Below the pieces are notes generated by a model that was given only the letters and a program-made list of their open reading frames with translations, did not search any database and was not told the origin of the DNA. A stretch of 36,613 bases of DNA from Candidatus Altarchaeum sp. (GTDB taxonomy: Archaea > Altiarchaeota > Altiarchaeia > Altiarchaeales > Altiarchaeaceae). Below, piece after piece: positions 26,314 to 35,099 of the stretch; the first letter of the stretch is position 1, and the number at the start of each line of letters is the position of its first letter. The translations under genes were made by a program, and so were the position numbers. The stretch is from assembly GCA_018260615.1 (NCBI GenBank), contig JAGWDQ010000096.1:1-36613 (forward strand), given 5' to 3'.

Positions 26314-26823
26314 TCATACTTCATTAGAAATTTTCATTTCTCTTTCGGAAATCTTCCTTTTCGTATATTCTATCAGCCCGATTTCGGTTAAATCCTCAAA
26401 AAATTTAGGCATTTTCTTAAACTCATAAATTTTGCCGCCGTTTAAATTTTTTATTTCTCCTTTGTCAAAATCAATTTCAAGTATGTCCTCGTCTTTCGCT
26501 TCAATTTCACACTCTATAAGCCGTAACCCCAGATTTATTGAATTTCTGTAAAATATTCGTGCAAATGATTTCGCAATTATTACTTTTATTCCGTTTCCCA
26601 ATAAACATGACGGAGCATGCTCTCTGCTGCTTCCGCATCCGAAATTTTTTTCCGCAACAATGAGGTCACCTTCTTTTACTTTTTTTGCAAATTCCCGCCT
26701 TACTTTTTCAAACGAATGCTTTGCCAGCTCTGTTCTGTCGGCTGTAATTAAATATTCCGCCGGAATTATCTGGTCCGTATCTACATTATCTCCGAATTTC
26801 CATACGCTGCCTGAAATTTTCAT
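26314..26823 (-). CDS. leuD: 3-isopropylmalate dehydratase small subunit (LeuD/HacB/DmdB family)
   Basis: VWKFGDNVDTDQIIPAEYL, NFGCGSSREHA and SFARIFYRNSINLGL; paralog specificity not resolved. Confidence 0.88.
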   Translation of the reverse strand: MKISGSVWKFGDNVDTDQIIPAEYLITADRTELAKHSFEKVRREFAKKVKEGDLIVAEKNFGCGSSREHAPSCLLGNGIKVIIAKSFARIFYRNSINLGLRLIECEIEAKDEDILEIDFDKGEIKNLNGGKIYEFKKMPKFFEDLTEIGLIEYTKRKISEREMKISNEV

Positions 26824-26882
26824 TTTAAAAATATGAAGTTTAATTTAATATTATTCAATTACAATTAAAATTTAAAACTAAA

Positions 26883-27632
26883 ATGCTTTACAAAGACATC
26901 GTTCAGATTTTAAATTTAGACGAAAAAAAGGATGCGAAATCGGCAAAAATTTTGTCAAAAATATCCTGTGGGATGCAAAAGCAAATTTTGGATTTGAAAT
27001 ATGTTAAGAAAAGAATTGCCGGCAAAAATGTAATAATCTTTGGAGCGGGACCTTCATTAGTGTCTGGCATGGAACAACTGCTCAAATTAAAAAATTTTGA
27101 CTGTTTTGTTAAAATCTGTGCCGACGGCGCAGCAAAGGCATTAGTTGAGCGAAAAATTATTCCCGACTTTATTGTAAGTGATTTAGACGGGGATATTGAT
27201 GCGATAAAGGAAGCGAATGAAAAAGGAACAATTTTGATTATTCACGCTCACGGAGATAATATTGAAGCCATAAAGAGATATGTTCCGAAATTTAAAAATT
27301 TAATCCTGACGACGCAGACAAATTTAAAACTAAAAAATTTACATAATTTCGGCGGATTTACCGATGGGGACAGATGTGTGTTTTTTGCATTGAAATTTAA
27401 GCCGAAAGTTGTGGTGCTTGCGGGAATGGATTTCGGAAATAAAATCGGGGAATATTCAAAGAAAATTTCAGGAGAACGAGTGAAATTTAAATTAAAGAAA
27501 TTAAAGATTGGTAAAATTTTGATTGAAGAAAAATGCAGTCAAGCCAAAAATTTACGGGTTTATGATTTTACAAAGAACGGAAATTTAAAAATTGAAAAAA
27601 TTTCACACGGAGAAATTGAAAAAATGATATAG
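26883..27632 (+). CDS. mptE: 6-hydroxymethyl-7,8-dihydropterin pyrophosphokinase (MptE/DUF115)
   Basis: FGAGPSL, ADGA, VSDLDGD, HAHGDN, NFGGFTDGDR and LAGMDFG. Confidence 0.9.
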   Translation: MLYKDIVQILNLDEKKDAKSAKILSKISCGMQKQILDLKYVKKRIAGKNVIIFGAGPSLVSGMEQLLKLKNFDCFVKICADGAAKALVERKIIPDFIVSDLDGDIDAIKEANEKGTILIIHAHGDNIEAIKRYVPKFKNLILTTQTNLKLKNLHNFGGFTDGDRCVFFALKFKPKVVVLAGMDFGNKIGEYSKKISGERVKFKLKKLKIGKILIEEKCSQAKNLRVYDFTKNGNLKIEKISHGEIEKMI

Positions 27633-27654
27633 ATGAAAGAATATGTCTGAATCA

Positions 27655-27952
27655 TACCTTATGGGTATTGACTGGATCAATCTTAAAATTGATTTCGTAT
27701 CCCCTGCATCAGTTAAATAATATTTGCCATCTGAAGACATCATTTTCAGTTGACTACAATTTGTAGCCAACTGACTTCCTTCTTGTTTTAATCTGGTTTT
27801 TAAGACACTCCAATACTTTCTGGGGTTGACGCTTTCGGTTAAGATAGCAATTACATCAATAATACTAAAAAACCATTCTTCTTTTTCTTCGTTCCATACT
27901 CTGCGAATCTGTCTGTCATTAAACAAAACAATTGAATTTTTTTATTATCCAT
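27655..27952 (-). pseudogene. Truncated, frameshifted Bro-N (phage antirepressor-like) gene remnant
   Basis: IRRVWNEEKEEWFFSIIDVIAILT...YW..LK.RL..EG.QL.TNC.QLKM...DGK...TD...ILRLIQSIP then unrelated sequence; the ATG at 27952 (MDNKKIQLF) is out of frame with the body. Confidence 0.8.
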
Positions 27953-28043
27953 TTTATAACTCCTCCTTAAAAATTTGTTGTTTCCGCAATTTATTTTTAT
28001 TTATTAAGATTTAATGCACATCTTTATATTTTTACACATCTTT

Positions 28044-28520
28044 TTATATCTCCCCACTCTCCTTAAAACTATAAGGTGTATCTCCGATAATAACATGATC
28101 AAGCAGTTTTATATCTAAAAGTTTTCCTGCATCACATAGTATTTTTGTAATTTTCCTGTCATCCTCTGACGGTGTTGGATCTCCTGAAGGGTGGTTATGA
28201 ACAAGAATAATTGCGTTTGCACTTTCTTTTATTGCCGACTTAAAAACTTCACGCGGATGAACCATGGATGCATTAAGAATTCCTGTTGAAACAATTTCGT
28301 CTTTGATTATCATATTCTTGGAATCAAGATGCAAGACCATAAAATGTTCTTTATCGTTGCTTGGCAATCTCTGCGATGCGTATTCAAAAACATCATTTGC
28401 CGTTCGCACCGGAAATTTTCCTTTTTTTGCTAAATTATATTTTTTGATGAATCCGAATAATGCCTTGATTTGCTGTGTTTTTGCATCTCCCAGTCCTTTT
28501 ATCTTGTAGTAGATAGACAT
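28044..28520 (-). CDS. radC: RadC C-terminal part (HhH end plus JAB/MPN domain), split from its N-terminus
   Basis: IKGLG.AK..QIKA, KEHF.VL.LD, HPREVFK.AI, HNHPSGDPTPS.DD and LLDHVIIG. Confidence 0.9.
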   Translation of the reverse strand: MSIYYKIKGLGDAKTQQIKALFGFIKKYNLAKKGKFPVRTANDVFEYASQRLPSNDKEHFMVLHLDSKNMIIKDEIVSTGILNASMVHPREVFKSAIKESANAIILVHNHPSGDPTPSEDDRKITKILCDAGKLLDIKLLDHVIIGDTPYSFKESGEI

Positions 28521-28855
28521 GTTGCGAAATAATTTTCAATCTATTGTTATTTTAAATTTATTTAAAATCTCCGAACAGAGTGAGGTGACAATATATTTAC
28601 AACAATTATGAATTTTTTCCCTCATTTTAAATTTATTTAAAATCTCCGAGCAACAGCGAGGTGATAAAAAAATAAATTTTAAGAGGGTTAATCTATTGTT
28701 ATATCAAAAATGCTTCAAGCATTTTTGAGTATCTCAAAAATCTTATAGATTTTTGTTATTGTAAAAACCTCGTAGGTTTTTAGAATATTAAAAATACTCC
28801 GAGTATTTTTAGTATGGTATAAAATGAAGTATATAAACTATTTCGCAACAACTCT
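28515..28855. mobile_element. 341-bp MITE inserted in radC (17-bp imperfect TIRs, 3-bp TSD)
   Basis: AGACATGTTGCGAAATA (28515-28531) versus the reverse complement of TATTTCGCAACAACTCT (28839-28855), 15/17; GAT at 28512-28514 and 28856-28858; excision restores the frame. Confidence 0.85.
28704..28811. repeat. Array of four perfect A5...T5 hairpins with 3-nt loops
   Basis: 28704-28728 (11-bp stem, TCA loop), 28735-28755 (9, TAT), 28762-28782 (9, CGT), 28789-28811 (10, CCG). Confidence 0.93.
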
Positions 28856-29338
28856 GATGTTTATTTTGCCGTTTTCCTTTTTAAAAATACATTCATAATT
28901 CTTGTCATCATGAGTTTCCAGGATTGCTTTCTTTTTTACTTTGTCAAGTTTAAAAGTAGCCGATTTTTCTTTATCTGATTTTTCTTTACTCTTAACAACA
29001 ATTGTTTTCTTATCTTCGCTTTTACTGATTTCTGCATTTTTTGCCCAATCTATTCCTAAATTATTCTGCAAATATTTTAGAAATTTCTCGCTGTCTTTTC
29101 CAGGAACATCATCCCAGATAAACAAATAGACCTTTTGAAATTCTCCATCAGACAAATCGCTTAAATTTTCAAGCCCATAAAATGAGATTAGACGATTACA
29201 CATATCAACAACATTTTCTCCTCTGGCTCCTGTTTGTAAAATAACTGCTAATAAATCCGCATCACTCAATGCAGATGCACCATATCTCTTTAGTCGTTCT
29301 CTCGGGCGATTCTCCTTGGGAATATCTTTGATCTTCAT
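28838..29338 (-). CDS. radC: RadC N-terminal part fused to an inserted ~92-aa foreign domain
   Basis: IKDIPKENRPRERL...G..ALSDA.LLA.ILQTG (RadC residues 1-69), then VYLFIWDDVPG...KKENGKINI, which is not RadC-like. Confidence 0.85.
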   Translation of the reverse strand: MKIKDIPKENRPRERLKRYGASALSDADLLAVILQTGARGENVVDMCNRLISFYGLENLSDLSDGEFQKVYLFIWDDVPGKDSEKFLKYLQNNLGIDWAKNAEISKSEDKKTIVVKSKEKSDKEKSATFKLDKVKKKAILETHDDKNYECIFKKENGKINIRVVAK

Positions 29339-29396
29339 AATAATAAATGTTTTGCGTTTTGAAAATTTAGAGTTAATGAAAAGTATAGCAAAATTT

Positions 29397-30374
29397 TTAT
29401 TTCTTCAAAATTTCTTTCGCGGCATTCGCTATATCTTTTGCAGTCATTCCATAATATTTATAAAGTTCTTCGGAAGTTCCTGACTGTCCAAAGCAATCAT
29501 TTGTACCAATCCTTTTCATAATTGTTGGCTTCTTTTCAGCCAAAATTTCTGCAACCGCACTTCCCAAACCACCAATAATACTGTGATCTTCCGCCGTAAT
29601 AATCGCATTTGTTCTTCTTGCTTCTTCCAATATTGCACCTTCGTCAATTGGTTTTATTGAGGACATATTTGTAACACTTGCCCCAATTCCTTCGGTTTTT
29701 AAAATTTTGCCTGCTTCAATTGCTTTACTTACCATAACCCCGCATGCAATTATTGAAACATCGCTTCCATCAATATGTCTTACTGCATTCCCTAATTCAA
29801 ACTCATAGTCGTCATCAAAAATTTTCGGAACATTCTGTCTTACCAATCGGACATACATCGGCCCTTTCATTGCCCCGTCAATTTCAGCACTTTTTTCAAT
29901 AACTTTTTTTGTTTCCGTTGCATCTGCCGGAACAATTACTTTCATACCCGGAATTACCCGCATTAATGCAATATCTTCTAATGCCTGATGCGAATGCCCG
30001 TCCTCGCCCACACCCAAACCACTGTGCGTAACAACGAGCCGCACATTTAATTTATCATGAGCAATTATGTTCCTGACCTGGTCCCATGCCCGTCCGCTTC
30101 CGAAATATGCAAATGTGCTCGCAAAAACGATCTTTCCTGACATTGCCAGACCTGCTGCAACATCCATTAAATTTTGCTCGGCAACTCCCACATCAAAAAA
30201 TCTTTTCGGAAATCTTTTCTTAAATTTTATCGTCTTTGTTGATTCCGACAAATCAGCATCCAGAACGACAACATTATTGAACTTTTCCCCTAAATGGACA
30301 AGTGTGTCTCCATAAGTGCCTCTCACATCTTCCAACGTTTCCAAATTTTCCACATTCACGTGATAAAATTTCAT
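29397..30374 (-). CDS. Transketolase C-terminal subunit (split transketolase)
   Basis: LDADLSEST.T, FFDVGVAEQN, THSGLGVGEDGHSHQ, GPMYVRL and EDHSIIGGLGSAVAE. Confidence 0.93.
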   Translation of the reverse strand: MKFYHVNVENLETLEDVRGTYGDTLVHLGEKFNNVVVLDADLSESTKTIKFKKRFPKRFFDVGVAEQNLMDVAAGLAMSGKIVFASTFAYFGSGRAWDQVRNIIAHDKLNVRLVVTHSGLGVGEDGHSHQALEDIALMRVIPGMKVIVPADATETKKVIEKSAEIDGAMKGPMYVRLVRQNVPKIFDDDYEFELGNAVRHIDGSDVSIIACGVMVSKAIEAGKILKTEGIGASVTNMSSIKPIDEGAILEEARRTNAIITAEDHSIIGGLGSAVAEILAEKKPTIMKRIGTNDCFGQSGTSEELYKYYGMTAKDIANAAKEILKK

Positions 30375-30393
30375 TTTAAATTTTTACATAAAT

Positions 30394-30897
30394 TTAACTC
30401 ATATATACTCGTAATTCTTCTATTGTAATAGCAGGTATTTTGTTTTTTACACAATATCCGTATAATGCTATGTCTGATGTCAGTAATAATTTATCATCTT
30501 TTGTGGCTTCTATTAATGATATGTCTGTAAATCCGTATTTTAGAAGTTTATCTTCTGATAAAATAATATCTTTGTTTATGTAGGTCTCTTTTAATCGTTG
30601 TAATAATCTTATTTTCGAATAATATATAAAATCATAAAAAAATCCTTTCATTTCGTTTTTTGACAAATTCGAGATTTCTGCCAAGACCTCAGGAGTAATA
30701 AAAATTTCTGATTTTTCTAAAAAATTTTCTAAAAATTTCTTTACCAATATAAAATTATCTTCACTATAATTGAACTTCTTTATATTATGTCCGTAAAGTC
30801 CGGTTAAAACAAGTAATAATGGTCCTGTATCAATTACAATCCCTTTGTATTTGTAGAAATCCTTATGTAGATTCATTTTTCTTCTCTGTTGTTTCAA
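30394..30897 (-). CDS. PIN-domain protein
   Basis: IVIDTGPLLL, ITPEVLAEISNL, YGFTDISLI and LLTSD..L; the likely start is Met8 at 30876. Confidence 0.82.
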   Translation of the reverse strand: MKQQRRKMNLHKDFYKYKGIVIDTGPLLLVLTGLYGHNIKKFNYSEDNFILVKKFLENFLEKSEIFITPEVLAEISNLSKNEMKGFFYDFIYYSKIRLLQRLKETYINKDIILSEDKLLKYGFTDISLIEATKDDKLLLTSDIALYGYCVKNKIPAITIEELRVYMS

Positions 30898-31195
30898 TTT
30901 TATCTTCTGTTGTTTCAGTCATTTCATCAGATATGATGTCACCTTCAAAGTCCACTTCAACCTTGTGTGTTTCATAGTCAGAAGAAAACATTATTTTTCT
31001 GAATTTGCATATAACTATATATCCCTTTGTGTGTGGTTTGACAGAAATTGTACTAAAATCCAGCCATTCTATTAAGCCCATTCCTGCTATTTGCCTGGAC
31101 CCTTTAACAAGTCCAAAGTAATCTTTAACTATTTTTACTGCTTCTACTCCTTTTATATTTTTTTCTTTCCCAGGTATATTTTTTATATTTTCCAT
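30863..31195 (-). CDS. Hypothetical protein overlapping the PIN gene (possible partner or antitoxin)
   Basis: 110-aa ORF with an acidic C-terminus; its 3' end overlaps the PIN start. Confidence 0.6.
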   Translation of the reverse strand: MENIKNIPGKEKNIKGVEAVKIVKDYFGLVKGSRQIAGMGLIEWLDFSTISVKPHTKGYIVICKFRKIMFSSDYETHKVEVDFEGDIISDEMTETTEDKIETTEKKNEST

Positions 31196-31229
31196 TTTAA
31201 ATTTCTGTTTTAAATTTCCAAATCAGAAT

Positions 31230-31928
31230 TTATTTTTTACAGAATTTGTTTTTTAATTTTATAATATTTTTCCCAGGATCACCCTCAAATATTTCACTTC
31301 CCATTACAATAATATCCGCTCCGTTTTCAATAATCTTATCAACATTCCAAAATTTTACGCCTCCGTCAACTGCAATCTTTATATCTAAATTTTTGTCCGA
31401 ATTACACTCATCAACCGCTTTCTTTATATTTTTTATTTTCTTAAAAACCTCATCTATAAATTTCTGCCCGCTATAACCGGGATGAACGCCCATAATTAAC
31501 AAAATATCCGGCTTTCCTTCAGTCAGCAAGGTCTTTAATTCCTCTTTTGGCAGAAATGTTTCCGGATTTATTGCGAGCCCTGCTTTAATTCCAAAATTTT
31601 TAATGTCTTTTATTACATCAATGCATTTTTCAATATTTCGGTATGCCTCATAGTGAAATGTAATAATATCTGCCCCCAATCCGTAAAATTCTTTTATGTG
31701 GTTATGAGGATTGACGATCATTAAATGAACATCAGATAAAATTTTTAAATTTAAATCCGTTAAAATATTTCTCGTTGTCTTTACTATTACCTGCCCAAAG
31801 GTCAAATTCGGAACAAAAATACCATCCATCACATCAATGTGAATCATATCCGTATTTTTTATTCTCTTTATTTCATCCTTCAGATTGGCAAAATTTGCAG
31901 ATAAAATTGAGGTTGAAATTATTGACAT
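31230..31928 (-). CDS. rpe: Ribulose-phosphate 3-epimerase
   Basis: SILSANF, HIDVMDG.FVPNLTFG, DVHLM, ITFHYE, M.V.PG..GQKFI and VDGGV. Confidence 0.95.
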   Translation of the reverse strand: MSIISTSILSANFANLKDEIKRIKNTDMIHIDVMDGIFVPNLTFGQVIVKTTRNILTDLNLKILSDVHLMIVNPHNHIKEFYGLGADIITFHYEAYRNIEKCIDVIKDIKNFGIKAGLAINPETFLPKEELKTLLTEGKPDILLIMGVHPGYSGQKFIDEVFKKIKNIKKAVDECNSDKNLDIKIAVDGGVKFWNVDKIIENGADIIVMGSEIFEGDPGKNIIKLKNKFCKK

Positions 31929-31952
31929 TTTTATAGATTATTTTGTCTTGTT

Positions 31953-32651
31953 TTATATTCCTAAAATTTCCTTCATCTTTCCGGTGTTTGTCCAAAATAA
32001 ATTTTCAGAGTCAATATTTTGCGGCTTTCCCAAAGCAATGTCAAAATTTCCAAATTTTTTGTTTTTCTTAAATATTATATCCTTGCTCTTTTGGTCGTAG
32101 AATAAATGGTATGGAAAGCCCCTGTTTTTTATCGCATCATAATCATGTCCCGCATCATTAGGTACAAATCCGAGAACAACCGCCGAACCGAAAGTATATA
32201 CGCGATGAGGGTATTTAAAATTTATCAGATATTCGTCTCCTTTTTTCATATCAATAATTGTTTCTTTCTTCGCATCTTCATCAACTAAAAGGAGAAATGC
32301 CCTTCCCCGTATTACTTTATAAATTTCGTTTCGTTCGGCGGTATGAATGTGCCCATAAGTCGGATACATTTCACCGCTCAAATTTTCTCCATGTTTTTCT
32401 TTTAATATTCCGCTGTTCATTATCGTTACATCACAGTTTATGCCGCTTTTCCCGCATATCTCTTTAAATTCCTTCAGTTCGGAAAGATGATAGACCTTAT
32501 AAATTTCCCTGTTCTTTTTAATTTTGTTGCTATGTAACAAAACATTATCTTCTTTCATCTTGCCGAGTTCTCTGTTCCATCCCTGCGTTTTAATGTCCAA
32601 ATAGAAATTTTTGCCCTTCTTTTTTATGTTTAAAAACTTTTCAATATCCAT
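31953..32651 (-). CDS. Cupin-type glucose-6-phosphate isomerase-like protein
   Basis: TYGHIH...E.Y.VIRG, I...YPHR and AGHDY cupin GPI motifs; lies beside rpe and transketolase. Confidence 0.72.
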   Translation of the reverse strand: MDIEKFLNIKKKGKNFYLDIKTQGWNRELGKMKEDNVLLHSNKIKKNREIYKVYHLSELKEFKEICGKSGINCDVTIMNSGILKEKHGENLSGEMYPTYGHIHTAERNEIYKVIRGRAFLLLVDEDAKKETIIDMKKGDEYLINFKYPHRVYTFGSAVVLGFVPNDAGHDYDAIKNRGFPYHLFYDQKSKDIIFKKNKKFGNFDIALGKPQNIDSENLFWTNTGKMKEILGI

Positions 32652-32729
32652 TTTAAATTTTGATAAATTTTGCTTAATAATTAAAAATACAAACTAAATT
32701 TCCGTTAAAATTTAACCTGATAATTAACA

Positions 32730-33152
32730 TTAGCAAACATCTTTCAGACGCCTTTTTAGCACATCATCCAGTCTGCTTATGTCGTCCTTAAATTTTTCAT
32801 TAAGCACAACAATTTTCACATCTTTTCTGCGCTCAACGATTGCCCGCAGCGCATTTATTTTTGGATCTTCATCATCCTCATCCTCCTCGTCAAGAAACAT
32901 TTCCGTGGCATCTCCTTCCGAATCCGTAAGACATTCATGAATAAACGGGAATTTTCCGCGACAGGATGTTTCCATATCTGTCAGGGCATAAACAAAATAC
33001 TCTGCCTTCTTTTTATCCGTATCAAGATGAAGCGATGAAAAAAACGCCGATAAATTTTGCTCAATATTTTTATCGTATTTTATTGTGCTTAATTTCTCGG
33101 CCAGCGGTTTTGCAATCGCAGCAAAGCAGACACAACCCTTAATCACTACCAA
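32730..33152 (-). CDS. Hypothetical protein with an acidic patch
   Basis: 140-aa ORF (non-ATG start) tightly packed between the DHPS-like and GPI genes; DEEDEDDED tract. Confidence 0.6.
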   Translation of the reverse strand: MVVIKGCVCFAAIAKPLAEKLSTIKYDKNIEQNLSAFFSSLHLDTDKKKAEYFVYALTDMETSCRGKFPFIHECLTDSEGDATEMFLDEEDEDDEDPKINALRAIVERRKDVKIVVLNEKFKDDISRLDDVLKRRLKDVC

Positions 33153-33160
33153 AAAATGAA

Positions 33161-34741
33161 TTAAAACAACACCTCGTCCTGAATATAATTTTTGCCCAAT
33201 TTTAACGCAATCTCAGCTTTGCCTAATTCCTTTCCCAGATATGCACAGTGTTCATTGCTTATTTTAAGGTCTTGCTTTGAGATATGAGCAAGAATTGCGA
33301 GATAAATTTCTTCCGCTTTGTTTCCCTTTATGCAAATTTTAGGATTTTCAGCAGGACTCCTGTTTTCACGCATCATCACATAAATTTTATCCTTAACAAT
33401 TATCCGGAAATTTATTTTATCAAGTCGCTTTTTAAATTTAAAATTTTCCGCATCAAAAAAATCATTATTGCACTTTAATTCAAAATTTACCTTGTGTTTG
33501 TCCTTTAAAATCAGCAGATTAATTCCGACTTCCTTTGGCGGCTGATTTCTCCTGCCTGACAAATACATCATCTTAATTGCCGTATTTATTTCCCTGACAG
33601 AATTTTTCGCCTTTGTGCTATATTCCGGAGTAAAGAGCAGGTCAATTTTCAATTCATAAGCAATCGCGGTAAGCAAGGCATTTATTCCATGCGAATCAAC
33701 ATCCATCAGTTCGGTTACATTTCCAACGCCCATCAGCATTGCCATGTCTTTGTGCTTTTCCCTGAATTTTCCATAAAGAGCAATTGCTCCCGAAAGTCCG
33801 AAATTTGGCGGGTCAAGAATCAAATCGGCAATGATGTTTATATTTTCATTTCTCTTCTTTATATTCGCAATTAAATTTTCCAGAAATTTGAGCCGCTCGT
33901 TCGGACTCTTTACACCCTTCTCATCTCTCGGAATTACAACAATCGGAACATCAAAATTTTCAACAATTTTAAAATTTGTTGCATCAATACTCATGAGCAT
34001 TCCCGCTCCATACTTCACACCTTCTAAAATTTCGTCCTGATTTATAGTATCAATTGAAAAAGGAACATTTGTAACTTCCCTGATTGCCTTAATTATTCTT
34101 TTAACTTCTTCGGGCTTTGCTTTAGGCATCATTCCAATGTCAATAATTTTTGCCCCGGCATCTGTAAAATATTTTGCTCTTTCTTTCAGGTTCTCATCAC
34201 TCAACATCGGAGCATCGCAAATTTCTGCAACAACCTTTGGAATTCCGTTAAGCATTACATTGCTCTTTACTCCCTTTATTTCAAATTTTGCATTTCCATC
34301 ATGAGCAATAAATTTTAATTCATTATTTAATTTTTCCTTTATAAGTTCTTTTAAAATTTCATCCGCCGGCTTAAAATGTAATTGCTCAATTTCCTGAACG
34401 GTTAAGCCCTCAATATTTTCAAGTAAAATTCCGATGTCACTTAAATTTTTTGTTCCCTTAATAACAACAGGAAAATTACTTTTTATTTTTATCTTTTCCT
34501 CAATCACCTTTGTATTTCCGGTAAAATTTCCGGGCAGAATTATAAAGTCAAAAATTTTGCCACTCCTTATGCAATTGCTTATCAAATGGACAACATCTGC
34601 GGATTTCATAAATGCTGCAATTTCAACATTAATGCCTAAAATTTCAACATTCATTCCATTATCTTTCGTTCTATTTACTTCCTTTTTTGCGTTTTCTTTT
34701 AATTTTTCAGAGGTGAGCAAAGCAATTTTAAAACATGCCAT
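33161..34741 (-). CDS. Archaeal dihydropteroate synthase-like protein
   Basis: VAEI.DAP, GA.IIDIG, FSIDT, DLILDP, MGVGNVTEL.DVDS.G.NALL and H.AYLG.EL.KAEIAL.LGKNY.QD..LF. Confidence 0.9.
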   Translation of the reverse strand: MACFKIALLTSEKLKENAKKEVNRTKDNGMNVEILGINVEIAAFMKSADVVHLISNCIRSGKIFDFIILPGNFTGNTKVIEEKIKIKSNFPVVIKGTKNLSDIGILLENIEGLTVQEIEQLHFKPADEILKELIKEKLNNELKFIAHDGNAKFEIKGVKSNVMLNGIPKVVAEICDAPMLSDENLKERAKYFTDAGAKIIDIGMMPKAKPEEVKRIIKAIREVTNVPFSIDTINQDEILEGVKYGAGMLMSIDATNFKIVENFDVPIVVIPRDEKGVKSPNERLKFLENLIANIKKRNENINIIADLILDPPNFGLSGAIALYGKFREKHKDMAMLMGVGNVTELMDVDSHGINALLTAIAYELKIDLLFTPEYSTKAKNSVREINTAIKMMYLSGRRNQPPKEVGINLLILKDKHKVNFELKCNNDFFDAENFKFKKRLDKINFRIIVKDKIYVMMRENRSPAENPKICIKGNKAEEIYLAILAHISKQDLKISNEHCAYLGKELGKAEIALKLGKNYIQDEVLF

Positions 34742-35057
34742 TTGAAATTTTTAAGATATTCTAAATTTAATCTTTATTACAAATTATTCTTTAAAAATTT
34801 GTTTTAAATATAATCTTTTGTATTTGTTTTTTCCTAAAATTTTGAGTTCATAGGTTATCTTTGCGAGTTCAAAAATTCTGAACTCGGGTTCAATGCTTAA
34901 AATATATGCTGTTCATTACTATTTCTTATCACGTGTGGTTTGGTTTTGTGTGGGTGGTTATATTACAATCAGCCAAAAGATATTCTACTACGCAATGCTA
35001 AATCCCAACATTAAATTTTTATGATGCAAAATTTATCCAAAAATTCACTGAAATTTA

Positions 35058-35099
35058 TAGTGAATTCACTAACTTTTGATACTTTTGAAGTGAATTCAC
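35058..35099. promoter_or_regulatory. Two GTGAATTCAC palindromes 30 bp apart (candidate operator)
   Basis: TAGTGAATTCACTA at 35058-35071 and GTGAATTCAC at 35090-35099, with a partial AATTCACT at 35042-35049, in the divergent spacer. Confidence 0.5.

Noticed and set aside
28704-28811. CRISPR array or integron attC array
   Set aside because: There are no identical direct repeats with unique spacers, the spacers are only 6 bp, and no cas or integrase gene is present.
28838-28840. Pyrrolysine or stop readthrough joining the radC halves
   Set aside because: The intervening 318 bp is AT-rich repeat sequence, and the TIR/TSD structure explains the split exactly.
28856-29131. Intein in RadC
   Set aside because: No N-terminal Cys/Ser, no His-Asn terminus and no following nucleophile.
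34893-35024. 43-codon ORF and a GGGTTCAAT T-loop-like word near 34886
   Set aside because: No cloverleaf can be formed, and the ORF has no recognisable similarity or supporting signal.
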